Source of the DNA: Candidatus Bathyarchaeota archaeon
GTDB taxonomy: Archaea; Thermoproteota; Bathyarchaeia; Bathyarchaeales; DTEX01
Length of the DNA: 64,000 bases
NCBI GenBank assembly: GCA_018396635.1
Contig: JAGTQE010000007.1
Coordinates: 2,747 to 66,746 of the forward strand
Reading direction: 5' to 3'
This document shows, piece by piece, positions 18,925-28,142 of this stretch (its first letter is position 1; the number at the start of each line of letters is the position of its first letter). A program made the translations under genes and the position numbers. The notes beneath the pieces are model-generated. The model was not told the origin of the DNA. It did not search any database and worked only from the letters and a program-made list of their open reading frames with translations.

Positions 18925-19728
18925 CTAAGGTCGGCTGCCTCTGCCTTTACGCGTCAAACCATCAATAATTTTATTGGAGATATCCCGAAGCCTTCTGGCA
19001 GCTTCAGCTGGCGCTTCGGACTCAACTATCGACCTTCCAATAATCAGATAGTGTGCGCCAGCAGATAGAGCTCTCTCAATATCTCCGCCCTGTACACCAA
19101 CTCCAGGGGAATATATTGGCACTCTTTCTCCCAGAATAGCATATACTTCGCCTATTTTCTCAGGGTATGTTGCGCCGACAACTGCGCCATCAGCTCCCCA
19201 TGCCAGGGCCTTCTCCGCAAAAATGATGTATTGTGGTTTAATTGTTCCAGTAAATGGGTCGTAGACCTTCTGTCCATAGCCCTCCCAAGCGGCTTTATGG
19301 CTCATGTAGACTAATAATATTACGCCGCGCTCCATTCTCTTAGCTGTCTCAAAGATCGGTTGAAGCCCGTCCTCCCAGCCCACAAAGGGGTTGGCGATTA
19401 GGGCGTCAAACCCGGCCTTAAAGTAGTTTTCGGCTATCACACGGTTTGTGCTTCCGATATCGTTGGCTTTACAATCTATTATTGTTGGCAGCTCCAGATC
19501 CTTCGCTTTTTCAATAATTTTCTTAACGCCATCAAAGAGCCCTAGCGGTAGGATGAGGTGATGATTTATTTTTAGTGCGCATATATACTTATGGGTCTCC
19601 TCCAGTATCTGCATGCTCTTCAGAAGGATTTTTTCTTTGCTCTCAGCGATAACATCGAGGGCTAGAACTATCCTTGAGCCTCTCCTCCTCTCAGACTCCT
19701 CTAGGGTGGATCTGAATTGCCCAACCAT
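18925..19728 (-). CDS. pyrF: orotidine 5'-phosphate decarboxylase
   Basis: 267 aa. IVLALDV, IDCKANDIGSTN (DxKxxDIxxT) and a C-terminal IIGRSI. Confidence 0.8.
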   Translation of the reverse strand: MVGQFRSTLEESERRRGSRIVLALDVIAESKEKILLKSMQILEETHKYICALKINHHLILPLGLFDGVKKIIEKAKDLELPTIIDCKANDIGSTNRVIAENYFKAGFDALIANPFVGWEDGLQPIFETAKRMERGVILLVYMSHKAAWEGYGQKVYDPFTGTIKPQYIIFAEKALAWGADGAVVGATYPEKIGEVYAILGERVPIYSPGVGVQGGDIERALSAGAHYLIIGRSIVESEAPAEAARRLRDISNKIIDGLTRKGRGSRP

Positions 19729-19729
19729 A

Positions 19730-20407
19730 TTATTCGACCTCTAATTGTTTAGGTGATCCCCCACAAAATTTAGATACTAATTCTATGGTTATACTCATCG
19801 CCCTTCTAAGCATATCTACGTCTACGCCTGGAACCCCGCAGAAAATTAATATGGCTCTTCTAGTGGCCTCGGTTATTTTTGTGCGCTCGGAGTCTCTATG
19901 CGGGTAAATTGCTATTGGACCCATCGCATCCGAGAGAATTATCTCTGACCCATTAAGGACTATTGGCTTGCCCATACCTATACCGTGGAAAACCTCGCCC
20001 CTGTTTGAGTATCTCATTATGATGGTCTCCTTAGAAATCTTATCTGCATCAAATGACCCTATAGCGACTTCGGACTTCATGGAGGCTATGTTGAGCGAGT
20101 CAACGAATGTGTTAATTTTAGGTATAGGGTTGCCTAAGAGAACCCTTCTAATGAGGGCCTCTGCAGCTGGTCTATTCTTAGTTGGGTCTATTCCAATCCT
20201 CCAGAAGAACTCCCTATAGGCTCTTACACTTGGCGTATCTTTAAGCGACTCAATATTATACTTAGACTTAATCTCAGCGAAAACATTTGCCTTCAGGGTC
20301 TCAAGGTCTGGGTCTTCACCCCTCACCTTTAAGTTCTCCATGAGTGTAGCTAAGATTTCTAGGTCTGGAAAGTCCTCCCTAACTTTCTTGTCGATATATA
20401 TGCGCAT
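19730..20407 (-). CDS. B3/B4 tRNA-binding domain protein (PheT B3/4-like)
   Basis: 225 aa. SVRAYREFFWRIGIDPTKNRPAAEALIRRVL and NTFVDSLNIASM match the stand-alone B3/4 family. It lies 1 nt from pyrF. Confidence 0.7.
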   Translation of the reverse strand: MRIYIDKKVREDFPDLEILATLMENLKVRGEDPDLETLKANVFAEIKSKYNIESLKDTPSVRAYREFFWRIGIDPTKNRPAAEALIRRVLLGNPIPKINTFVDSLNIASMKSEVAIGSFDADKISKETIIMRYSNRGEVFHGIGMGKPIVLNGSEIILSDAMGPIAIYPHRDSERTKITEATRRAILIFCGVPGVDVDMLRRAMSITIELVSKFCGGSPKQLEVE

Positions 20408-20506
20408 GACCTATACCACCATGTTGGCATGTCCAATATTGCCCATCTTATCTACAATTGTTAGAAGATTATATGAGTCTAAAGGTGATTATGTAAGTAT
20501 TTGCGG

Positions 20507-21028
20507 TTAGTAGAGGAAGGGGAATCGCCTCCTCACCCACTCCTTCTCTGGGAAGCGTGACCAATGCTCGTGGACGATCTTCCATTCATCGCTAACCTTA
20601 GCTAGAACCATTGTTACTCTTGATCTCACATTAAAATCTAATTCCCTTATCCTACCACGATATCTTATTATGAATGATGCCAACGCGGTGTTGCCGAAAA
20701 TATCTATTCTTAAGTCACTTATCTCATAGTTATATTCTTTCAAGACTTTTAGAGCATCAGCCTCCCTCTTTAAGCCGTCTAGCCCCTGCCTCTCGAATGG
20801 TGGCCAATCATCAAACTTCGTGTAATTATCTATGTCGATTAGCTTCCGTATGGCTTCGGCGTCCCTCATCCTTATCCCCTCAATCCTCTGAATTATGACT
20901 GATTTAACGGCTTCCTGCTCTTTAGGCGACTCCAAAGCCCCTCTTATTTGGGCTATATTGAAGCCGCATCTCCTACAGAACGCATCTGCCTCATCGATCT
21001 GGCTTCCACAGTTGGGGCAGTATATCAA
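20507..21028 (-). CDS. zinc-ribbon protein fused to an NTF2/SnoaL-like domain
   Basis: 173 aa. N-terminal CPNCGS...CRRCG. The C-terminal part, ending WKIVHEHWS, is typical of DUF4440/SnoaL-like folds. Confidence 0.6.
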   Translation of the reverse strand: MIYCPNCGSQIDEADAFCRRCGFNIAQIRGALESPKEQEAVKSVIIQRIEGIRMRDAEAIRKLIDIDNYTKFDDWPPFERQGLDGLKREADALKVLKEYNYEISDLRIDIFGNTALASFIIRYRGRIRELDFNVRSRVTMVLAKVSDEWKIVHEHWSRFPEKEWVRRRFPFLY

Positions 21029-21083
21029 TGCCTATTCCTCCCAGATTAATGATGTGATGCGCATATAAATGGATAGTTTTTGC

Positions 21084-21944
21084 TTAGATCTTGGTTTTAG
21101 CATCCATTAATGTATTGAGGATCTGTTTGCATGCATATATGGTTCTCTCGATGTTAGTGAATGTGTCGCCCTTCAAATTCGTAAAATTCTCTTTAGCTAT
21201 ATTTAGAACCATGCTGGATATGTTCTTTGGTAGATGGCTTAAGCTATCCTTTAGGTAACACTCTATCTCACCCTGAAGATTCCTATCTGAGAGCAGTGCT
21301 ATTGCGCATCCAATAGACTTTAAGAGCCCGATTACATGCAGGGCTTCGAGGAGTGGGTTGCCCTCTGCAAGTCTCCATGAAAGCAAGTCCTCCTCCTCGG
21401 TTTTAAGCAGAAACTTTACGTAGGCGGCTTGATCCTCAACGTAGCCGTGCTCATATAGGAGTCGGGTCACTTCATAATCCTTCACAGCTATCGATATTAG
21501 GTAGAGTATGTCGGCGGCAACTTTCTCTGATAAATTGAACTGGTTCATTAATTTGAGCATGGATTCTGGGAATGTGAAAAGATAGTACTCTAAGCTTCCA
21601 TGGAGAACTGTATGTGCAACTTCATGCCTTACTCCGCCAATCATAACGAGATCTGGCAGCTTCATCATCCTATCTAGGCAGAGGATTATTCTCGGTATGC
21701 CCCTCCAGGCGTCGTGCATGGCGAAGAACCCTTCATGGAATGGCGATGTCCCCACGCCAAGTTCCCTACGCTCAGCCGATAGGAAGGCTTCGGCTGCTGA
21801 GGACTTCTCGAAAACATATAGGTCGACAATAGTTACGTTATGGGGACTAAGCCTTCCATAACACTCCTCCATAAGCCCTGTAATGAACTTGACTTGAGAA
21901 TCGTTAATCTTACCGAACTTTGAGATAACTATGTGAACCATCAA
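21084..21944 (-). CDS. hypothetical protein with HExxH motif (possible metallopeptidase)
   Basis: 286 aa with GGVRHEVAHTVLHG. I recognise no family. Confidence 0.5.
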   Translation of the reverse strand: MMVHIVISKFGKINDSQVKFITGLMEECYGRLSPHNVTIVDLYVFEKSSAAEAFLSAERRELGVGTSPFHEGFFAMHDAWRGIPRIILCLDRMMKLPDLVMIGGVRHEVAHTVLHGSLEYYLFTFPESMLKLMNQFNLSEKVAADILYLISIAVKDYEVTRLLYEHGYVEDQAAYVKFLLKTEEEDLLSWRLAEGNPLLEALHVIGLLKSIGCAIALLSDRNLQGEIECYLKDSLSHLPKNISSMVLNIAKENFTNLKGDTFTNIERTIYACKQILNTLMDAKTKI

Positions 21945-22122
21945 TCAATTAAAGTATTTTTAACCCATAAAAATTATTTAAATAATCTCCTTAAACGCTG
22001 TGAATCAGGCTATACCCTCTCCCTCCTAGAGGGTTGGTTGAGTTAGTGTGGGCAGAGCAGACTTTGAACCTAACAGATTTATTTCTCCACGCGCCTATCT
22101 TGTAGCTGGATAGTGATGATGC

Positions 22123-23145
22123 ATGGTTGGTAAAATTCCGCCTAAGCTCATGGAGAAAATAGTTTATATGAGGCTCGGCGCTTTAGATCCAAGCGTTATT
22201 GTTGGCCCAGCGGTGGGAGAAGACGCAGCAATAATTGATCTTAATGATGGAAGAGTTCTTGTCGTGCATAATGATGCTATAACTGGCGCAGGTAAAAGTC
22301 TGGGTTGGCTGGCGGTTCACATAGTTGCCAACGACATAGCGGTTAGAGGCGCGAAGCCGAGGTGGTTTTTGATGTCCCTCTTCCTTCCGGAAGGGTCTTC
22401 AGAGGGTCTTTTAGAGGAGATAATGGGTCAGGTTGATGGGGCTGCAAAGGATCTGGAGATGATGGTGATAGGTGGACATACTGAAATAACATCGGGCATA
22501 GATAGGCCTATAGTTGGCACAACGGCCATTGGGGTCGCTGATAAAAGCAAGGTTGTGAGGACGTCTGGCGCAAGGGCTGGCGACTACTTAATTATGACTA
22601 AAACTGCTGCAATTGAGGGGACTGCAATACTTTGCACAGACTTCGCCGAGATTCTGGTTAAGAGGGGTGTTGACGATGGCACGCTTAAGAGGGGTTCAGT
22701 TTTCTTAGCAAATGTTAGTGTTGTGAGGGAGGCGCTCACATTGGCTGAAGAAGGCTTAGCTACAGCCATGCATGATCCAACTGAGGGCGGCCTGCTTGGA
22801 GGTGTTGCGGAGATGGCTTACGCATCACATAAGACTGTTGAGCTATGGGCTGATAAGGTACCCATAGCTGAGGAAACCAAAATTGTAACTGATAAGCTTG
22901 AGGTTGACGTGCTAAGGTTGATAAGTTCAGGCACACTCATAGCAAGTGTCCCGCCAAGTAAAGTGGATAGAGCTCTCAGCGTCCTGCAGGAGGCGGGGAT
23001 CAGGTCCACTGTTATTGGAAGGGTTAAGGATTATGCGGGCCACTTGGTTGAGGTAATTAAAGGCTCCTCAACAATTCTTCTGAACGATGTATACGTAACT
23101 GACGAAATATTTCGTTTATGGGAGAAATTTAAGTGTAATGCGTAA
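22123..23145 (+). CDS. AIR synthase-related (PurM/HypE/ThiL superfamily) protein
   Basis: 340 aa. GEDAAIID, NDIAVRGAKP and GGHTE motifs of the PurM-like ATP-binding fold. Confidence 0.75.
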   Translation: MVGKIPPKLMEKIVYMRLGALDPSVIVGPAVGEDAAIIDLNDGRVLVVHNDAITGAGKSLGWLAVHIVANDIAVRGAKPRWFLMSLFLPEGSSEGLLEEIMGQVDGAAKDLEMMVIGGHTEITSGIDRPIVGTTAIGVADKSKVVRTSGARAGDYLIMTKTAAIEGTAILCTDFAEILVKRGVDDGTLKRGSVFLANVSVVREALTLAEEGLATAMHDPTEGGLLGGVAEMAYASHKTVELWADKVPIAEETKIVTDKLEVDVLRLISSGTLIASVPPSKVDRALSVLQEAGIRSTVIGRVKDYAGHLVEVIKGSSTILLNDVYVTDEIFRLWEKFKCNA

Positions 23146-23245
23146 TTATTAGCGTCCTTCCACTCAAATATAATATTTCGCTTCCCGGAAAATTTTCAGT
23201 GATCTTAAAGGGGTTAATGAAGATGAGGAGCCTTCATCCTTCATA

Positions 23246-23259
23246 GGAAATGCATTTCC
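23246..23259. promoter_or_regulatory. perfect 14-nt palindrome GGAAATGCATTTCC upstream of the XI-like gene
   Basis: Read directly. It lies 67 nt upstream of the 23326 start, next to an imperfect hairpin at about 23216-23245. Confidence 0.3.
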
Positions 23260-23325
23260 CATGAAGAATGGAAAGAATTAAAAGCATTTTAGTCTTAAGA
23301 GAAAATTGCATAGGAGGTTTGTGTT

Positions 23326-24447
23326 TTGAGGGTGGATAAATCTAGCTTAGCAAAGCTCGAATCTGAGTATAAAGGTTATCTTGAAGGTGAGAGGCTTAAT
23401 AGATTCTTTAAGGAGTTTGATATAAAATTTGCTGCTGGACATTGGTCTGCCGGCGACTTCTTAGATAGATTCGCCACTAAAGGATACTTTCCAAACTTAG
23501 ACTCAAGCATTGAGGCTCAGCTTAAGAGGGTGGCTGAGGCTGGCATAGAGGGTGTGGAGTTTCATGACGTGCTGTTTTTAGATGAGAACCTTAAGGTCTT
23601 AGAGGAGCGGGTGGCGAAGGTTAAGGAGACCCTTGAGAAGCTCAATCTAAAAACATCTAATGTGAACGTTAACATGTTCACAGATCCAAGATGGAAGCTT
23701 GGGAGCGTAACGCATCCTGATAGAAGCGTTAGAGAGAAGGCTTTCGAAGTTCTAATTCAGGCAGCGGACATAGCTAAAGAGCTAGGTAGTCCAAGCTTGA
23801 ACTTCTGGCCGGGCCAGGATGGGTGGGACTATAATTTTGAGTCTAATTATGGGTTGAAGTTTGAGTGGTTTCTAGATGCATGCATTAAGGCTGCAAGGCG
23901 CTGTAGGGAGCTTGGGTTAAAGTTTGGTGTCGAGGCAAAGCTTAAGGAGCCGAAAGAGGGCAACATGATAGTCCCAACAACGCACCTCGCCGGCTGGCTG
24001 GCCTATAAAGTTAATGAGGAGATCGGCTCAAAGGTTATGGGCGTAACAATAGATTATGGGCATGAAATGATGTATGGTGTTGAACCGGCTTTCACCGTCT
24101 ATACGTTACATAGGATGGGGGTTCCGATAATAGGGTTCCATGTTAACTCGGCCAAATATAGGAGTAACGATGAGGATAGGGTCTTTGGAACCGGCGACGT
24201 CTGGTGCTTCATCGATTACCTCTACGCGGCCATAGATGTTGGCTACGATGGGTGGTTTGGCGAGGATCAATTCACGTATCGAATGGATCCTGTGGAAGCA
24301 ATGAAGCTCAGCAAGGAGATCTTTGGGAACATGATGAAGAAGGCTCTTCTAATATACGCTAGGAAAGACGAGTTGGAAAGGGCTAGGGAGATAGGGGACC
24401 AAGCGAAAATAATCAATGTGGTGAAGAGAATAATATTCATTGAATAA
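23326..24447 (+). CDS. xylose isomerase-like TIM-barrel sugar isomerase
   Basis: 373 aa. KFAAGHWSAGDFLDRF, GVEFHD, NFWPGQDG, EAKLKEP and IDYGHE resemble the XylA-type metal and substrate motifs. Confidence 0.7.
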   Translation: MRVDKSSLAKLESEYKGYLEGERLNRFFKEFDIKFAAGHWSAGDFLDRFATKGYFPNLDSSIEAQLKRVAEAGIEGVEFHDVLFLDENLKVLEERVAKVKETLEKLNLKTSNVNVNMFTDPRWKLGSVTHPDRSVREKAFEVLIQAADIAKELGSPSLNFWPGQDGWDYNFESNYGLKFEWFLDACIKAARRCRELGLKFGVEAKLKEPKEGNMIVPTTHLAGWLAYKVNEEIGSKVMGVTIDYGHEMMYGVEPAFTVYTLHRMGVPIIGFHVNSAKYRSNDEDRVFGTGDVWCFIDYLYAAIDVGYDGWFGEDQFTYRMDPVEAMKLSKEIFGNMMKKALLIYARKDELERAREIGDQAKIINVVKRIIFIE

Positions 24448-24524
24448 GATGCTCCAGCATCCCAAATCTTTCCCATTTTTGCCGATGAAATTAGTATTGG
24501 AGGTGGAATAAGAGGGCATTAACT

Positions 24525-26750
24525 ATGCGCAAGGACACGCCGCCCATTTTAGATAGTCCTTTTTTGAGACTGGAAGTTTTTAGAGACGGCTCATATCAGA
24601 TACTAGATAAGCAGACTCAAGTTATGTGGCGCTCTAATCCATATATTGCACGCTTCGGCTCGGCGTCGCTCTACGTTGATGGTAAAATGCTTAATATCTC
24701 CCTCAGCAACTTTGACCTCGTTGAGGGTGATGGCAGAAACATAAGGATGGTTTATCGCCTAAGGGGGATGGATGCTGATATCGGGCTTAATATAAGACTG
24801 CTAGATGACGATAGGTCTCTGGAGTTTTCCTACGAGGTGAGAGGGAAAATATCTGTAGATGGCTTAAGGCTGCTCGACGACAGCTTTTGGATAACGGATG
24901 CTGATAAAGGATACATTATTGTTCCCGTTCGGGAGGGTTTGCTCGTCAGGTCAGATAGCGGCATACCGTTCATCCATCGTTTCGGAACATTTGATTACGA
25001 AGGCTGCCACATGGAGATGCTTGGTCTCGTAAAGAATAAGTCAGCAGTCTTGGTTACTTGGCACAATCCATACGTAACCGCGGAGATTAAGAGCACATTA
25101 AATGAAGGGGTTGCGGACGCAAGACAGATACTATCATTATCTATGTATTTGAGGAAGACTGCAAAATCGTTGAGGGTGTCTTTTCTAGGCGAGGGGGACT
25201 ATGTCTCCATAGCCAAGGCATATAGAAAGGTAGCCCAGGAGAAGGGGTGGCTTGTCACCTTAAGGGAGAAGGCTGAGAAAAACCCGGAGGTTGCTAAGCT
25301 CATTGGCGCCTCAAACTTTAAGCTCTGGAGCTGCCTAACTAGGCTCATAGACTACAAAATGCGGGAAGAGAGTGTTCAGGTTAACTGGACATTTAGGGAG
25401 GTTGCCGAGGTAGCGGAGCATTTGAGGAAAGATCTGGGGATAGAGAAGGCTCTCTTCATTATAGGCGGCTGGATCCATAGAGGGTATGATAACCAACATC
25501 CAGACATTCTCCCAGCGGCGCCGGAATGCGGTGGGAATGAAGAGCTGGCGAAAACATCTAGGCGGGTGAAAGATCTAGGATACTTGTTCTGCCTCCACGA
25601 TAACTACCAAGACATTTATAGGGATTCGCCTTCTTGGAGCGAGGATCTAATAATGAAGGGGACTGATGGTCGGCTGGTTAAGGGAGGCTTCTGGGCTGGT
25701 GGGCAGGCGTGGCTGGTTTGCTCCAAAATGGGGTTGAATATGGCTAAGCGAAACATGCCTGAGGTTAAGGCGCTCTTCGATCCAAACGCATATTTTGTTG
25801 ATACAACTACTGCTTCACCACTATTCGAGTGCTATGATGAGAAGCATCCGCTAACAAAGATGGATGACATGGAATATAAGCAGAGGCTTCTGGAATATAC
25901 TGCATCGGTTTTCGGCATATCTGGCTCAGAGTGCGGGAGGGAGTGGGCAATACCCTACAGCCACTTCTTTGAGGGGTTAGTTGGGGTTAGCGGAAGATAC
26001 TACCATTCTCTAAATCCAGAATCTATCGGCGCAAAGGTTATCCCGCTCTTCGAGATGGTTTATAGGGATTGTGTTGCAGCTTATGGCAAGTACGGCTACA
26101 ATCCAAGCGAAGCTGCCGAATATGTTTTACACCACATTGTTATGGGTAGACCATTACATTACCACTTCTTCGATCAGCTTGGTAGAGGAACGTATTGGAA
26201 GAATGCGCCTAAAGATGAGCCGAAGGGACACCCCTTTAGCTCAAGCTGCTTTATTAGGGCGGATGAGGGGTGGGCTGAGGGACTATGTATGCTAGATAGA
26301 TTCATTAAAAACACCCATGAGATTTTATCGCCGCTATACGAGATTACAGCCGACAAGCTTATCACAAAACATGAGTTTCTAACATCTGACTTCAGCGTTG
26401 AGCGCGTGGTTTTCGGTGAAGATGTTGAGGTTGTTGTCAATAAATCTCTTAGCTTCGTTAGATGGGGAGCGAGGCATAAGGATTACGTCTACAACTCAAA
26501 GATGGGCGGCGAAGTTATTCTCCCAACCTTCGGCTTCCTAATTGAATCGCCCACCTTCATAGCCTTCCACGCAATGAAATGGAATGGCGTAGAATATGGG
26601 AAGCCCGCTCTATTCACCATTAGAAGCCTAGACGAAAAGCCGATTCCTGAATCAAGGAAGATAAGGGTGTTCCATGGATTTGGGGATCAAAGGATAAGGA
26701 TAGGTCAAAGAATCTATACTGTGCCTAAGGAGGAAGTCCTCTACCTCTAA
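24525..26750 (+). CDS. large uncharacterised cytoplasmic protein, possibly glycoside-hydrolase-like
   Basis: 741-aa ORF with strong coding appearance and no signal peptide. The central GGWIHRGYDNQHPDILP...CLHDNYQDIY looks like a TIM-barrel glycosidase core, but I cannot place the family. Confidence 0.6.
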   Translation: MRKDTPPILDSPFLRLEVFRDGSYQILDKQTQVMWRSNPYIARFGSASLYVDGKMLNISLSNFDLVEGDGRNIRMVYRLRGMDADIGLNIRLLDDDRSLEFSYEVRGKISVDGLRLLDDSFWITDADKGYIIVPVREGLLVRSDSGIPFIHRFGTFDYEGCHMEMLGLVKNKSAVLVTWHNPYVTAEIKSTLNEGVADARQILSLSMYLRKTAKSLRVSFLGEGDYVSIAKAYRKVAQEKGWLVTLREKAEKNPEVAKLIGASNFKLWSCLTRLIDYKMREESVQVNWTFREVAEVAEHLRKDLGIEKALFIIGGWIHRGYDNQHPDILPAAPECGGNEELAKTSRRVKDLGYLFCLHDNYQDIYRDSPSWSEDLIMKGTDGRLVKGGFWAGGQAWLVCSKMGLNMAKRNMPEVKALFDPNAYFVDTTTASPLFECYDEKHPLTKMDDMEYKQRLLEYTASVFGISGSECGREWAIPYSHFFEGLVGVSGRYYHSLNPESIGAKVIPLFEMVYRDCVAAYGKYGYNPSEAAEYVLHHIVMGRPLHYHFFDQLGRGTYWKNAPKDEPKGHPFSSSCFIRADEGWAEGLCMLDRFIKNTHEILSPLYEITADKLITKHEFLTSDFSVERVVFGEDVEVVVNKSLSFVRWGARHKDYVYNSKMGGEVILPTFGFLIESPTFIAFHAMKWNGVEYGKPALFTIRSLDEKPIPESRKIRVFHGFGDQRIRIGQRIYTVPKEEVLYL

Positions 26751-26803
26751 AGCGTGCTGCATAAATCACCCCCTCCACTTTTATTGAAGTGGTTAGATAG
26801 AAA

Positions 26804-28135
26804 ATGGAAGTATACCTCCGATATGGAAACGCTTTCCAGAAAGTAGATCTACCCTCAAGCAGCCGCGTATATATTGCCAAGGGATTCATCTCTAAAAGAC
26901 AGGTAAATCTAGAGGAAACTTTATCAAATTCATTAGATGAACCTGTCGGGACTGACTCGCTGGAGAAGATGGTTTCCCCCGGTTCACGGGTCGCATTAAT
27001 CGTTGACGATACGACGAGGCCAACTCCAATAAAGAGTTTACTGCCGCTGGTTATTGCTCGCTTATTGAAGAGGGGCCTCAGTAAAGATGATATAAGCATT
27101 ATTATGGCGACAGGCGCGCATAAGAGGCCAACATGGGATGAGGTGGGGGCGAAGATAGGGAGGCTGGTGCTGGACAGCGGTATAAGAGTTTACGTTCATG
27201 ACCCCCTCGATAAGAAGGAATTGAAATTGATAGGCTTCACTTCTAGAGGTACGCCAATATGGATTAATAGTAAAGCCCTAGATGCCGATGTTAAGATAGG
27301 CATTGGATTAATTAAGCCGCATCCATGGGCTGGCTTCACCGGGGGAGCGAAGATAATTCTTCCCGGCATATCGGCTTGGGAGGCTATAGGGAAGAACCAC
27401 TTCCTCGCAGTATCTGAGGAGGCTAGGATCGGAAATATTGAGGGCAATCCTGTTAGAGGAGACATGGAGGAGGCTGCTCAGAAGACTGAATTAGACATGA
27501 TAATTAATACAATCTTAGATGATCGCGGCCGCCCCATTGATTGTGTTGTTGGGGATCCGATTGAGGCTCATAGGAAGGGTGTTGAGGTGGTACGGACCCT
27601 ATTCGAGACTAGTATAGATGAGGAGGTAGATGTTGCGATATGGGCCTTCGGACCAGGGGACAATGATCTATGGGATGTTATTGGCGGGAAGTTCATTGGC
27701 GCTCACAAGAAGATTCTTAAGGATGGTGGTACACTGATTCTTGTGGCGGAGTGCTCTAATGGCATATATAAATACAATGAGTATGGGCTAAGGCACGTTG
27801 ATTACAGTGGCAGGGTTGCCGATTATAGTAGGGTTATAGAGATGTTGAGGTCTGGCGCTAGTCCAGACGAAATAATTTCTGAGACCCTTAGAGGTAATAT
27901 GCCATACATGGAGGTTGGTGTAAAAGCGTATATTATTTCGACGCTGATTAGAAGGAGCAATATAATTATTGTCTCACATAACTTGAGGAAGGAGGATGTT
28001 AAGTGGCTTGGCTCCCTCGCAAGGACGGCAACCGAGGCTGTTTCTCAGGCCATTCAACTAGAGGGTGAGGATGCTAGGATTGCCGTGGTGCCAGAGGCTT
28101 ATGCATCAGACGGCTACATATTTAGAAGAGCATAG
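26804..28135 (+). CDS. LarA-family (nickel-pincer-nucleotide-dependent racemase/epimerase) protein
   Basis: 443 aa. DDTTRPTP, ATGAHK and KPHPWAGFTGGAK (His plus the cofactor-tethering Lys) match the DUF2088/LarA N- and C-domains. Confidence 0.8.
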   Translation: MEVYLRYGNAFQKVDLPSSSRVYIAKGFISKRQVNLEETLSNSLDEPVGTDSLEKMVSPGSRVALIVDDTTRPTPIKSLLPLVIARLLKRGLSKDDISIIMATGAHKRPTWDEVGAKIGRLVLDSGIRVYVHDPLDKKELKLIGFTSRGTPIWINSKALDADVKIGIGLIKPHPWAGFTGGAKIILPGISAWEAIGKNHFLAVSEEARIGNIEGNPVRGDMEEAAQKTELDMIINTILDDRGRPIDCVVGDPIEAHRKGVEVVRTLFETSIDEEVDVAIWAFGPGDNDLWDVIGGKFIGAHKKILKDGGTLILVAECSNGIYKYNEYGLRHVDYSGRVADYSRVIEMLRSGASPDEIISETLRGNMPYMEVGVKAYIISTLIRRSNIIIVSHNLRKEDVKWLGSLARTATEAVSQAIQLEGEDARIAVVPEAYASDGYIFRRA

Positions 28136-28142
28136 CCTAAAG

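Noticed and set aside
22105-22125. C-box-like gTGATGATG immediately before the AIR-synthase-like gene.
   Set aside because: No D box lies within a plausible distance, and the sequence overlaps the start-codon region.
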